Assembly: GCA_016840855.1 (NCBI GenBank)
Contig: JAEORO010000076.1
Span: forward strand, 1-38,879
Source: Candidatus Thorarchaeota archaeon
GTDB lineage: Archaea; Asgardarchaeota; Thorarchaeia; Thorarchaeales; Thorarchaeaceae
Reading direction: 5' to 3'
Length of the DNA stretch: 38,879 bases
The position numbers were made by a program, and so were the translations under genes. This document shows positions 38,443 through 38,879 of the stretch, piece after piece. The first letter of the stretch is position 1. Every line of letters starts with the position of its first letter. The notes beneath the pieces were generated by a model that ran no database searches, was not told where the DNA came from, and worked only from the letters and a program-made list of their open reading frames with translations.

Positions 38443-38879
38443 TTGATAACACAGAGAGGCTTCGTGGTAGTGTTTGCGGGAGTCCTTCTACTTACTAGTG
38501 GATTCTCCTTCATTAACTTCTACCTCGTCCTCCTAGGAGTCTATTGTGTGATTGGTTTAGTAGTCACGTTGCCTCTCTTTGCATTGACAGCTAATCTAGC
38601 TGGTATTGAAGTGGACCGCCAGATTGACAAAGTAAAGGTGTTCTCTGGAGATTTCCTACGAGTTCGCGTCACCATTCGAAATGTTTCTCGGCGTCATTTT
38701 GACTTTATTGAGGTTCATGACCAGTATCCTGAAACTTGGATTTTAGCTATTGGAGAGAATTTCATTGCGTCCCGGATTGAACCCGGTAGCAGCATGACGT
38801 TCTCCTACATCCTCCAAGCACGGATGCGCGGAAGATATTATCTTGGTCCAACTGAGGTCATCATGCGAGATAGACTTGG
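38443..38879 (+). CDS. DUF58-family protein, N-terminal part (runs off the window)
   Basis: Open frame from TTG 38443: MITQRGFVVVFAGVLLL...IEVDRQ...RVTIRN...EVHD...RGRYYLGPTEV; directly follows moxR. Confidence 0.8.
   Translation, partial: MITQRGFVVVFAGVLLLTSGFSFINFYLVLLGVYCVIGLVVTLPLFALTANLAGIEVDRQIDKVKVFSGDFLRVRVTIRNVSRRHFDFIEVHDQYPETWILAIGENFIASRIEPGSSMTFSYILQARMRGRYYLGPTEVIMRDRL

Overview
Archaeal core-genome window, most likely from an Asgard archaeon (Thorarchaeia-like). That assignment is an inference from gene content (eL38, Nip7/Nop2, SepF, PAC2, Alba, aCPSF1) and cannot be proven here. Bases 1-28.9k are mostly information-processing and housekeeping genes: Sm, PUA, sepF, aCPSF1/FttA, psmB, FKBP, hemK, rsmA, DUF655, rpoF, rpl21e, pus10, GGR, pth2, truD, NusA-like, alba, aCPSF2, rpl38e, an intron-containing tRNA-Val(CAC), rpl40e (missed by the ORF track), sucCD, PAC2, nip7, nop2, a deaminase, thrC, cyaB and an HD hydrolase. 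Bases 29-38.9k hold a MoxR/DUF58/DUF4350/transglutaminase-like surface-protein operon. Main oddities: (i) two rearranged Hel308/Ski2-like proteins, one fused to a PadR-like wHTH and one apparently ATPase-dead with a SWIM zinc finger inserted in its winged-helix domain; (ii) a ~2050-aa doubly membrane-anchored Ig-repeat protein whose transglutaminase domain has lost its Cys/His/Asp triad, preceded by a mini-paralog lacking exactly that domain; (iii) a compact pseudoknot-like element between psmB and the termination nuclease gene fttA; (iv) stem-loops starting about 24-27 nt downstream of TATA-like boxes in several leaders; (v) a probable CTG start codon for rsmA. No CRISPR array, rRNA or recognisable mobile element was seen.
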